From NCBI GenBank assembly GCA_964360115.1, contig CAYHVV010000002.1:1-33971 (forward strand): DNA of 33,971 nt. Reading direction: 5' to 3'. Of this stretch, positions 1 through 6,572 are shown in pieces (within the stretch, counting starts at the first letter, position 1; each line of letters begins with the position of its first letter). The position numbers were made by a program, and so were the translations under genes. This DNA comes from an uncultured Methanosarcinales archaeon. GTDB lineage: Archaea > Nanobdellota > Nanobdellia > Woesearchaeales > GW2011-AR9. The notes below the pieces were generated by a model, which had not been told where the DNA came from, ran no database searches, and saw only the letters and a list, made by a program, of their open reading frames with translations.

Positions 1-827
1 TACCATTGGAGGCATTTGTAATATCTGGCTCTATCCTTAAGCCTAATATTAAGAGGCGGATATCCTTGTCGTAGTAAAACATAATTCAATAACAACCGCC
101 CAACCCTCCCATTACCATCCTGAAAAGGATGAATCTTCTCAAATTCATTGTGCATTACTGCTGCAAGTAAAAGTGGCGGATATTTTTTATGATGTTTCTC
201 ATGCCAGGCACAAAGAGATTTCAATAGGTTTTCCACATTTTTATATGGGGCTCCCTGATGAACTACATTTCCTTGACCATCCCTAATTACCACCTCAACC
301 TTTCGCAGCTCACCAGCAAATGTCTTTGTTCCTTTGAAACAAATGAGATGGATTTTTCTGATGAAAGCAACAGAGATTTTTTCATTATTCGTTTTGATAT
401 ATTCAACCGCCTTAGCAACATTCAACGTTTCTACTTCATCATGGTTTTTCGGTTTTTCTTTTTGCTCCAATAAATCTTTTACTTCGGAAAGCGCAACTGT
501 TGATCCTTCGATAGCATTGGTGTTATACGTAAAATCTCCGGTGAATTTTTTCCAGTCAGATGTTTGTAAATGTTTAACTTCAATATCCTTCTCGTATCTC
601 TTAAAGATCTCAATTTCTTCTGTAGTCAATTCAAATTCCAAGATACTTCTTTCTTTAATTTCTTCCAGAATATGTTGCTCTGCTCTGCTCCTCAATTCTG
701 ATAAATTTTTTTCATTGAGATTCGAACCGAGATATCGAGAAATCCTCTTAATTTTACCCTTTTTTCTATAAGAATGAACGAGATAAAACTTCTTACTATT
801 TCCCTTTTCCCGAACTTCTATGAACAT
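1..827 (-). CDS. Fic/DOC family protein (AMPylase type), C-terminus runs off the window
   Basis: Absent from the ORF track because it is open at the window edge. My translation from the ATG at 827 reads MFIEVREKGNSKKFYLVHSYRKKGK... with no stop through base 3. The canonical Fic motif HPFQDGNGRVGR (HxFx[D/E]GNGRxxR) is encoded at 96-131. An upstream TNAIEG matches the [S/T]xxxE[G/N] autoinhibitory helix. Confidence 0.85.
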   Translation of the reverse strand, partial: MFIEVREKGNSKKFYLVHSYRKKGKIKRISRYLGSNLNEKNLSELRSRAEQHILEEIKERSILEFELTTEEIEIFKRYEKDIEVKHLQTSDWKKFTGDFTYNTNAIEGSTVALSEVKDLLEQKEKPKNHDEVETLNVAKAVEYIKTNNEKISVAFIRKIHLICFKGTKTFAGELRKVEVVIRDGQGNVVHQGAPYKNVENLLKSLCAWHEKHHKKYPPLLLAAVMHNEFEKIHPFQDGNGRVGRLLLNYVLLRQGYPPLNIRLKDRARYYKCLQW

Positions 828-839
828 AACATAATGTTA

Positions 840-878
840 GGTGTCTACATTTATAAACCTTCCTATCGTGTAGACACC
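840..878 (-). promoter_or_regulatory. Fic promoter/operator: TATA-like tttataaa (850-857) enclosed by a perfect 9-bp inverted repeat
   Basis: Arms ggtgtctac (840-848) and gtagacacc (870-878) were read directly. The TATA centre lies about 26 nt upstream of the Fic ATG at 827, which is leaderless spacing. Confidence 0.45.
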
Positions 879-880
879 CC

Positions 881-1183
881 TTAAAAACCTAGTTCAGCTT
901 TCTTGGAAGGAATTGACTGGATAATACGGAATAATGCTTCAGTATTGGCGCAGTCTGTTTCTCTCAGTTTGCCATCTTCTGCTGTAAGTTTCAACTGTCG
1001 ACAAATTGTCGATAGTTCAATTTCACTGGATTCTCTTTCTCTTTGTTTCAGCCTATACCAATAATCTTTTGCGTCTACGCTCTCCGTTAAAGCTCCTACA
1101 ACATCAACCACTGAAAACCACCATTCTTCATTGTGCCATGCTTTTCGTATTTTCTTCCCTTCAAATACTGATAGCGTATTCAT
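881..1183 (-). CDS. Bro-N (DinD/antirepressor-like) domain protein, apparently N-terminal fragment only
   Basis: FEGKKIRKAWHNEEWWFSVVDVVGALTES...YWYRLKQRE...TDCANTEALFRIIQSIPSKKAE matches the Bro-N family pattern as I remember it. Family members normally continue after SIPSPKAEPFK for more than 150 aa; here a stop follows ...KKAELGF. AGGAG lies 9 nt upstream of the ATG. Confidence 0.6.
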   Translation of the reverse strand: MNTLSVFEGKKIRKAWHNEEWWFSVVDVVGALTESVDAKDYWYRLKQRERESSEIELSTICRQLKLTAEDGKLRETDCANTEALFRIIQSIPSKKAELGF

Positions 1184-1387
1184 ATTTGATCACTCCTTGG
1201 AACACTTAGGATAATTGAAAGTATATAAACCCTATCCGCACTTGTCCAGTGCGTCCAGTGGCTGTTGAGTTTACAGTACTAGAGCTTAAAACCGGAGAAT
1301 TTTTGGAGATTGAGGTTTGTGAGAAGTTGTCCGGTGGGACGGATGGTAAGGAAGGGTATCTGCCGGAAATGGTTAAAACAAGATAAA

Positions 1388-1395
1388 TTTAAATA
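1388..1395 (+). promoter_or_regulatory. TATA-like box (tttaaata) for the 1418 ORF / HNH transcript
   Basis: Centre is 26-27 nt upstream of the ATG at 1418. Confidence 0.4.
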
Positions 1396-1417
1396 ATCTT
1401 AAGTTGATTTAAGAAAG

Positions 1418-1549
1418 ATGACAAAAAAAATAAAGTTTGAGTCCCCACTTACGAAAATAAGTCAAAGAGTTGGAAGAACGAGAGGTTTACAGACTATTGC
1501 TGTAAATAGGTCGCTAGAAAGAGTGGGATTAAAAAAGAAAAGAAGGTGA
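1418..1549 (+). CDS. 43-aa basic leader ORF coupled to, or frameshift-fused with, the HNH gene
   Basis: Below the ORF-track size cutoff. Translation is MTKKIKFESPLTKISQRVGRTRGLQTIAVNRSLERVGLKKKRR*. The ATG sits at leaderless distance from a TATA box. Its TGA (1547-1549) overlaps the GTG of the HNH ORF as GTGA. Confidence 0.35.
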   Translation: MTKKIKFESPLTKISQRVGRTRGLQTIAVNRSLERVGLKKKRR

Positions 1550-1935
1550 AAAATTTGTCAAAAAATATTTGGGATCTTCCTGTTAAAATTCAAAACCCAT
1601 TTGAATCTCAAAAAGCACCTAACAAAAACAGGAAACCTATTGGCAAATCATTACGCGATCAAGTATGGTTAAAATATATGGGTAACAAAGCACAAGGAAA
1701 ATGTTATTGTTGCAAAATAAGAACCATGCATATAACTGATTTTCAAGTAGGCCATAATAAATCTGTTGCAAAAGGTGGAAAAAATCATATTTCTAATCTA
1801 AGACCAATTTGCAGAACATGTAACTTAGGTATGCGTACAAAATCTATTGAACGGTATAAAAAAGAATATTTTTCAAAGAGTACAAAGAAGAAAAAAATTC
1901 GAACATCTAAAACTAAAGAAAGTAAAATAAAATGA
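1546..1935 (+). CDS. small HNH endonuclease (CxxC...HN...N...CxxC zinc-finger type) with Lys-rich tail
   Basis: The HNH core is CYCCKIRTMHITDFQVGHNKSVAKGGKNHISNLRPICRTCN. The start is GTG 1546 or TTG 1555, and no in-frame ATG occurs before residue 45. The frame is open back to 1510. Confidence 0.8.
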   Translation: MKNLSKNIWDLPVKIQNPFESQKAPNKNRKPIGKSLRDQVWLKYMGNKAQGKCYCCKIRTMHITDFQVGHNKSVAKGGKNHISNLRPICRTCNLGMRTKSIERYKKEYFSKSTKKKKIRTSKTKESKIK

Positions 1936-1942
1936 AAATCCT

Positions 1943-2064
1943 AAGATTTGCTATCCCAACCACAGCAGAGCTGTGGGGTATTACGCAAATCTTCAAGACG
2001 GATTTTCAATCATTCCTCGCTAATCGCTGCAGAGCAGCGGGGTATTTATATCCCAGCGAGGAAT
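1943..2064. repeat. two tandem extended hairpins of an ATCCCAACC-stem-loop-stem-GGGGTAT repeat family
   Basis: Hairpin A has outer stem aagatttgc (1943-1951) / gcaaatctt (1985-1993) and inner stem ccacagc (1960-1966) / gctgtgg (1970-1976) with loop aga. Hairpin B has outer stem attcctcgct (2012-2021) / agcgaggaat (2055-2064) and inner stem cgctgc (2025-2030) / gcagcg (2034-2039) with loop aga. Both inner stems are followed by ggggtat. Confidence 0.6.
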
Positions 2065-2079
2065 AAAAACAAAAAAAAC
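2065..2079 (-). terminator. oligo-T tract (T8 G T5 on the minus strand), candidate archaeal terminator for the ABC operon
   Basis: Plus strand reads aaaaacaaaaaaaac. It lies downstream of the permease stop (2201), and a 7-bp hairpin aagtcac/gtgactt (2166-2187) sits between them. Confidence 0.3.
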
Positions 2080-2200
2080 ATCTGAATTTCCTTATTTTAG
2101 GATTGATTACTAATTAACATTGTTCCCATTTTAATATAATTTCTTCCTACTCATACCTCAGTGTCAAGTCACTGAAGTTCGTGACTTTACTCACTCGTTT

Positions 2201-3385
2201 TTACTCGTATCGTAAAGCATCCACCGGCTTCAGCTTCGATGCCTGATACGCCGGCAATATCCCGGAAAGCATGCCTACTACAAAGGCAAAGACTAATCCC
2301 ATGGCCAGCACTGAATATTCTATCTGGATTACCAAAGGGAATCCTGCTTCTTTAGCAATAGGACCGATGACTAATGCCATGCCGGTTCCTAAAGCCGTGC
2401 CCAATACTCCTCCCACCAACCCAATCAATCCTGCTTCCATCAAAAATATCTGCAGCACATCGCTGTTCCGCGCGCCAATAGATTTCATGATACCTATTTC
2501 CTTGGTCCGCTCCATCACGGAAGTATACATTGAATTCATTATTCCAATCGCGCCGACTAACAAGGAAACTGCAGCAATGCCAACTAGGACTATCTGCATT
2601 ACCCCGAGAATCTGATTAATCTGTTCTAATATTTGAGAAGCGGTGACCACTTCAAAACCTGTATCGCCTCTCTTGCGTTTCAATTCTTTTTCTATTTTTT
2701 CCTGAAGCATAGGAATATCAGAAGTGTATTTCACTTGAGCGATGATGGTATCAACTTTATCCGGTTCATGAAATATTTCCCGCGCTATTTCTAAAGGGAT
2801 ACTTATCTGATTATCATCTTGGTTGTTCCCAATTTCTTCTACAATGCCAACAATCTTAAACTCAACTTTATTTATCTGGATTTTATTACCGATACTAATT
2901 TCTTTAGAAAACATCTTTTCTGCTACCCGTGAACCTATAACCGCAACATACTTCTCACCGGCTTGGATAGTTCTGCCTTCCTGCATTTCAACGCCCGTAT
3001 CGATGAAAAATTCTTTATATTGTTCTGCCGGCAAACAGTTAATCAAAGTAAAACCGGTTTCTTCTTTATATTTTACCTCTGCGCTGCGAAAAATGCCAGG
3101 GGAGACATATTTAAAACCAGAAATTTTCTCTACTGTTTTTACATCACCCATAGTCAAGCCGTTAGATAATGTCCCTGGACCTTGAAATCCTTTCCCAGAG
3201 ATAAAAATTCTATTTGCTCCAAAGGTTTCAAATCGCTGCTGCAAGGTGCTTTCTAAACTTCTGGACATGGTAATTAAAGAAATAATCGCTGCTACTCCGA
3301 TGATAATTCCTATTACAGTTAACCAGGAACGAAGTTTACGATGGCGGATGCTATTTACTGCCATTAAAAAATAATCAAAGCGCAT
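2201..3385 (-). CDS. ABC transporter permease, MacB/FtsX family
   Basis: N-terminal TM segment (RKLRSWLTVIGIIIGVAAIISL), a large extracytoplasmic loop, and a C-terminal FtsX 3-TM bundle (IGIMKSIGARNSDVLQIFLMEAGLIGLVGG). I moved the start to MRFDYF (3385). The track ORF extends to 3424. Confidence 0.9.
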   Translation of the reverse strand: MRFDYFLMAVNSIRHRKLRSWLTVIGIIIGVAAIISLITMSRSLESTLQQRFETFGANRIFISGKGFQGPGTLSNGLTMGDVKTVEKISGFKYVSPGIFRSAEVKYKEETGFTLINCLPAEQYKEFFIDTGVEMQEGRTIQAGEKYVAVIGSRVAEKMFSKEISIGNKIQINKVEFKIVGIVEEIGNNQDDNQISIPLEIAREIFHEPDKVDTIIAQVKYTSDIPMLQEKIEKELKRKRGDTGFEVVTASQILEQINQILGVMQIVLVGIAAVSLLVGAIGIMNSMYTSVMERTKEIGIMKSIGARNSDVLQIFLMEAGLIGLVGGVLGTALGTGMALVIGPIAKEAGFPLVIQIEYSVLAMGLVFAFVVGMLSGILPAYQASKLKPVDALRYE

Positions 3386-4259
3386 TTTTCTTCTTTTTCC
3401 TTCTGCGATAGTATAGTATTGCACCTAATACTACTATCACTGCACCAATTGGCAAGATCTTATTACTGCTTTTCACTAAACCAAGCTGTTTTGCTTCCTC
3501 TTCAGTATAAACTGGAATTTTTATCAGCTTCGATTCATGAAACAGATTGTTAGCAGCATCGCGGTATTCTAATTCTACGTTCAGAATAGGATCCTTCGTG
3601 AGGGGCACTAAAGTGAATTCTTCTGTTTCAAAGTCGCCGATATCTACCTCGCCGATGTACAAGGTGCCGGGAGAAAATATTTCATAGAGCGGACTTTCTT
3701 TAAGTGTTATTTTTAGATTCTTCACTTGTGCTAAGCCATCGTTAACAAATTTCAAAGTAACTTTGCCGTTGTCATTTACTTTCACCAGTTCTGATTTTTC
3801 CAAAAGCAAATCTAAATGAGCATTGGCGGCTACTTCTACACTGATAAGAGAAGTTTTACTTGCTTCGCCATAACTTATTGCCACGGGAATTTTGTATACT
3901 GAAGGTTCGGCGTTGGGCAAAGCCTTCACTCTAAAAGTAACTTTTTCTTCATCCCCATCATTAATCTCATCAATGATTTTTTCATTTGAGGAACCGACAG
4001 GTACAAAAGGAACAGTGCTTAAGTCCAGAGTCACCAAAACATTTTCAATGTCCTGATCACCAACATTTTCAAGTGTTAAATCAATATTGATCTCACTTCC
4101 TGGAATAACTGTCTGTGGTGAGAGTGTGAATGAGCTGACTGCTATCTGCGCACTCGCCACGGGAATTACCATCATTGCCAAAAGCAACAGGGATATTAAT
4201 TTTAGTACTGCTTTCATTTCTTTCCGACAGGAAAGATTGAAAATTGTTTCAATTTTCAT
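3375..4259 (-). CDS. cell-surface beta-rich protein (COG1361/CARDB-like) of the ABC operon
   Basis: Signal/anchor sequence MKAVLKLISLLLLAMMVIPVASA, a beta-rich body, and a C-terminal TM segment followed by RRRKKKK. It sits between the ATPase and permease genes. GGAGG lies 5 nt upstream of the ATG at 4259. An alternative start is at 4217. Confidence 0.7.
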   Translation of the reverse strand: MKIETIFNLSCRKEMKAVLKLISLLLLAMMVIPVASAQIAVSSFTLSPQTVIPGSEINIDLTLENVGDQDIENVLVTLDLSTVPFVPVGSSNEKIIDEINDGDEEKVTFRVKALPNAEPSVYKIPVAISYGEASKTSLISVEVAANAHLDLLLEKSELVKVNDNGKVTLKFVNDGLAQVKNLKITLKESPLYEIFSPGTLYIGEVDIGDFETEEFTLVPLTKDPILNVELEYRDAANNLFHESKLIKIPVYTEEEAKQLGLVKSSNKILPIGAVIVVLGAILYYRRRKKKKNAL

Positions 4260-4260
4260 T

Positions 4261-4956
4261 TTATCCTCCGATAGATGATTTTGAATTTTCTATAATTTTT
4301 CCGTCTTTCAATTTAATGATTTTATTTGCTAATTTAGTCAATTCTGGATTGTGGGTAACTAAGATGATTGTCTTGCCTTGCTTGTTCAAGTCTTTGAGCA
4401 ATTTCATAATCTCTTCCCCGGTTTTGGTATCTAAATTTCCCGTTGGTTCATCTGCTAATATAATTTCTGGATCATTAACCAACGCTCTGGCAATAGCGAC
4501 GCGTTGCCGTTGACCGCCAGATAATTGATTAGGAAGATGATGCATACGGTTAGCTAAACCAACTTGTTCCAATAATTTTTGCGCTTTGGTTTTCCTAACG
4601 CTTCTAGAAACATTTTGGAACATCATCGGTAAAGCGACATTGTCCAAGGCATTTAAACTAGGGATTAAGTTAAAGGTCTGAAAGATAAAACCTATTTGTT
4701 TTCCACGCACTTGCGCTAAATCACTTTCTGACAGATTTTGAATATTATGTTTTCCCAGAAAGATGTCTCCTTTGGTGGCCGTATCAAGACAGCCCACTAA
4801 GTTCATAGCAGTACTTTTTCCAGAACCACTGGGCCCTATTAGGGCAACAAAGTCGCCTTGATTGATGCTCAGCGAGATGCCGTTTACAGCAGAAACTTCT
4901 ACACCATCCAAGCGATATATTTTGTGTACATCTTGGAGTTTGATTAAAGGAGCCAT
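4261..4956 (-). CDS. ABC transporter ATP-binding protein (MacB/LolD-like)
   Basis: Walker A GPSGSGKST, ABC signature LSGGQRQR, Walker B IILADEPT, H-loop VTHN. Confidence 0.95.
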   Translation of the reverse strand: MAPLIKLQDVHKIYRLDGVEVSAVNGISLSINQGDFVALIGPSGSGKSTAMNLVGCLDTATKGDIFLGKHNIQNLSESDLAQVRGKQIGFIFQTFNLIPSLNALDNVALPMMFQNVSRSVRKTKAQKLLEQVGLANRMHHLPNQLSGGQRQRVAIARALVNDPEIILADEPTGNLDTKTGEEIMKLLKDLNKQGKTIILVTHNPELTKLANKIIKLKDGKIIENSKSSIGG

Positions 4957-4981
4957 TCTGCTTTAATATTTAAGAACATCA

Positions 4982-4989
4982 TTTATAAA
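4982..4989 (-). promoter_or_regulatory. TATA-like box (tttataaa) upstream of the ABC operon
   Basis: Centre is about 29 nt upstream of the ATG at 4956. Confidence 0.35.
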
Positions 4990-5023
4990 TGTTTAGTAGA
5001 ATAACTATTCCAGAGTAGTTAAC

Positions 5024-5656
5024 TTATTTCTCCGCCATTACTTCTTCCTTGGGAAAACGGACTTTTGCCATTTTTGCAGTAACATCATCTTCGGCCCTGT
5101 AACCTAAAGCACAAATAACTGTTGCCGTAGCATGTTCCTTTTTGAGATTAAGAATTTCATCAAATTTCTGCGGATCAAATCCTTCCATCGGGCAAGCATC
5201 AATCTTTTTCAAAGCAGCTGCTTCCAAAAGCATCCCTAAAGCAAGATACACTTGCTTCTTGCTCCATTCTAATCTTTTTTCTTCCGCCATTTTGGTCATG
5301 GCTCCAGCCATTCCGTCCTGATAACCTTTCAGAGATTCGACGGAAACTTTGCGAGTTTCTGCAACGCTTTTAACAAACTTCTTGACAAAGTTTTCATTAA
5401 CATCAGTGCGTGCACATAAAACTATGAAGTTTGAAGCGTCAGTGATCTGTGGCTGATTCCAGGCAGCTTCCCGTAATTTTGTCCGCAATTCTTTATTTTT
5501 TACAACCACAAATTTCCAAGGCTGCAAACCATAAGAACTTGGCGCTAACCGTAACACTTCTAGCAACTCATCAAAATCCTTATTTGGAATTTTTTTAGCA
5601 GAATTAAATTTTTTAGTTGCATATCTCCACCCTAATGCTTTTAGTATATCTGTCAT
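5024..5656 (-). CDS. NAD(P)H nitroreductase family protein
   Basis: RYATKKF...LEVLRLAPSSYGLQPWKFVVV and the C-terminal ...ACPMEGFD... are typical of the NfsB/FRase-type nitroreductase fold. GGAG lies upstream of the ATG. Confidence 0.85.
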   Translation of the reverse strand: MTDILKALGWRYATKKFNSAKKIPNKDFDELLEVLRLAPSSYGLQPWKFVVVKNKELRTKLREAAWNQPQITDASNFIVLCARTDVNENFVKKFVKSVAETRKVSVESLKGYQDGMAGAMTKMAEEKRLEWSKKQVYLALGMLLEAAALKKIDACPMEGFDPQKFDEILNLKKEHATATVICALGYRAEDDVTAKMAKVRFPKEEVMAEK

Positions 5657-5756
5657 ATTTTTAGCTCCAAAACCAAATCTTGTTTACAAAGTTGATTCAG
5701 TTACAATATAGTAAATGTGTTAAGTAGTTGTACATTTATCCACACATTTGCTATTA

Positions 5757-5795
5757 GTAATTGTGAACAAATATTCGAAAATAATTCACAATTAC
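5757..5795. promoter_or_regulatory. perfect 11-bp inverted repeat gtaattgtgaa-N17-ttcacaattac (candidate operator)
   Basis: Arms at 5757-5767 and 5785-5795 were read directly. A second inverted repeat, aaatgtgt (5713-5720) / acacattt (5742-5749), lies nearby. The element is about 100 nt upstream of the nitroreductase ATG. Confidence 0.35.
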
Positions 5796-5824
5796 TATAA
5801 TTACAATATTTGCAAAGAGAGTGC

Positions 5825-6448
5825 CTATTTAAAGATATCATCCATGATTTCTGCTTGTTGCAGGCTTTCTTCCAATAATTTTTTCAAATCCAACTTTTCC
5901 AACTCTTCTTTCATTTCTTCAGGATTTGATTTTGTCGACGGCCGTTTCGGTCCCAGCAAACAACACAGCTCCGGACCTTTGGAAATATCATATGTTCCGA
6001 TTTGTTTAGCTATCTCAATCGTTTCCTGTTTGTCAAAAGTTAAAAGAGGCCTGAGCACTTCTAAAAAAAGATTTTTGGTGATAGAAGTCATGTTACTGAG
6101 TGTTTGGCTGGACACTTGAGCTAAATTTTCGCCAGTGATGAGAAAATGAGCCCCTTCCTTCCGGGCAATTATTTCTGCTGCCTTAAACATGACAATCTTA
6201 GAAAGTATAAAGTAGTCGCGATGTTCGCATTTGGTTACTAACTCTTTCAGCACCGGCGTAAATGGAATCAGATACAATTTTTTTAAACCCAGCACTTTTA
6301 CCAGTTCCTTGACTTTTTCTATTTCTTTTTCATCTGTCAAAGGCTGCTGATGAAAATGCACAGCAATAATATCTAGCTGGTCTTGGAGCAGGTGGATGGC
6401 TACCGGACTATCGATACCTCCAGATAATAATGCGATGGCTTTTTGCAT
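5825..6448 (-). CDS. stand-alone ThiI-like PP-loop ATPase (tRNA sulfurtransferase catalytic domain without THUMP)
   Basis: The PP-loop LLSGGIDSPVA is at the extreme N-terminus. ITGENLAQVSSQTLSNM, RPLLTFDKQETIEIAKQIGTY and the CC pair before GPKRPST match the ThiI adenylation domain. Confidence 0.8.
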   Translation of the reverse strand: MQKAIALLSGGIDSPVAIHLLQDQLDIIAVHFHQQPLTDEKEIEKVKELVKVLGLKKLYLIPFTPVLKELVTKCEHRDYFILSKIVMFKAAEIIARKEGAHFLITGENLAQVSSQTLSNMTSITKNLFLEVLRPLLTFDKQETIEIAKQIGTYDISKGPELCCLLGPKRPSTKSNPEEMKEELEKLDLKKLLEESLQQAEIMDDIFK

Positions 6449-6469
6449 GAAGATAAAATTTAGAAGCTT

Positions 6470-6477
6470 TTTTATAA
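6470..6477 (-). promoter_or_regulatory. TATA-like box for the ThiI-like gene
   Basis: Minus strand reads ttataaaa. Centre is about 25-26 nt upstream of the ATG at 6448. Confidence 0.4.
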
Positions 6478-6543
6478 GATTTGTGCGTAAACCATACGGA
6501 AATCAAAGATTTCCGGGGTTTCGAAAGCATAGCTTTCGGAAAC

Positions 6544-6551
6544 TTTATATT
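6544..6551 (+). promoter_or_regulatory. TATA-like box (tttatatt) for the transglutaminase-like gene
   Basis: Centre is about 25-26 nt upstream of the ATG at 6573. Confidence 0.4.
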
Positions 6552-6572
6552 ACAAACAAATATCAAAATCAT

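Noticed and set aside
258-771. Plus-strand ORFs 258-473 and 334-771 from the six-frame track
   Set aside because: They are low-complexity antisense shadows of the Fic gene, which has a clear motif on the minus strand.
1242-1253. 12-nt match ttgtccagtgcg, also present at 18554-18565
   Set aside because: Several chance 12-mer matches are expected within 34 kb, and the flanks show no similarity.
1219-1386. GC-richer patch with a 42-45-aa open frame (..VAVEFTVLELKTGEFLEIEVCEKLSGGTDGKEGYLPEMVKTR*) and a tandem tccagtgcg/tccagtggc
   Set aside because: It has no ATG (only GTG), no ribosome-binding site or TATA at a sensible distance, and no recognisable family. It may be a gene remnant. I also checked it as a tRNA or ncRNA and found no T-loop or cloverleaf.
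1943-2064. Possible mini-CRISPR array or tRNA-like gene
   Set aside because: There are only two units with different stems and no regular repeat-spacer periodicity. The stems are 6-7 bp with 3-nt loops, and the 50-nt length does not fit a cloverleaf.
2271-3185. Plus-strand ORFs opposite the ABC permease (2271-2615, 2823-3185, 2963-3169). Similar antisense ORFs lie opposite pan (9080-9961), fen (14789-15046), the wHTH gene (16274-16677) and infB (24272-25720).
   Set aside because: All lie wholly inside strongly supported genes on the other strand and have compositionally biased, motif-free translations. They are typical shadow ORFs of AT-rich coding DNA.
6396-6572. N-terminal 59-aa extension of the transglutaminase-like ORF
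   Set aside because: It overlaps the ThiI-like gene start and crosses the divergent promoter region. The signal peptide and TATA spacing support ATG 6573.
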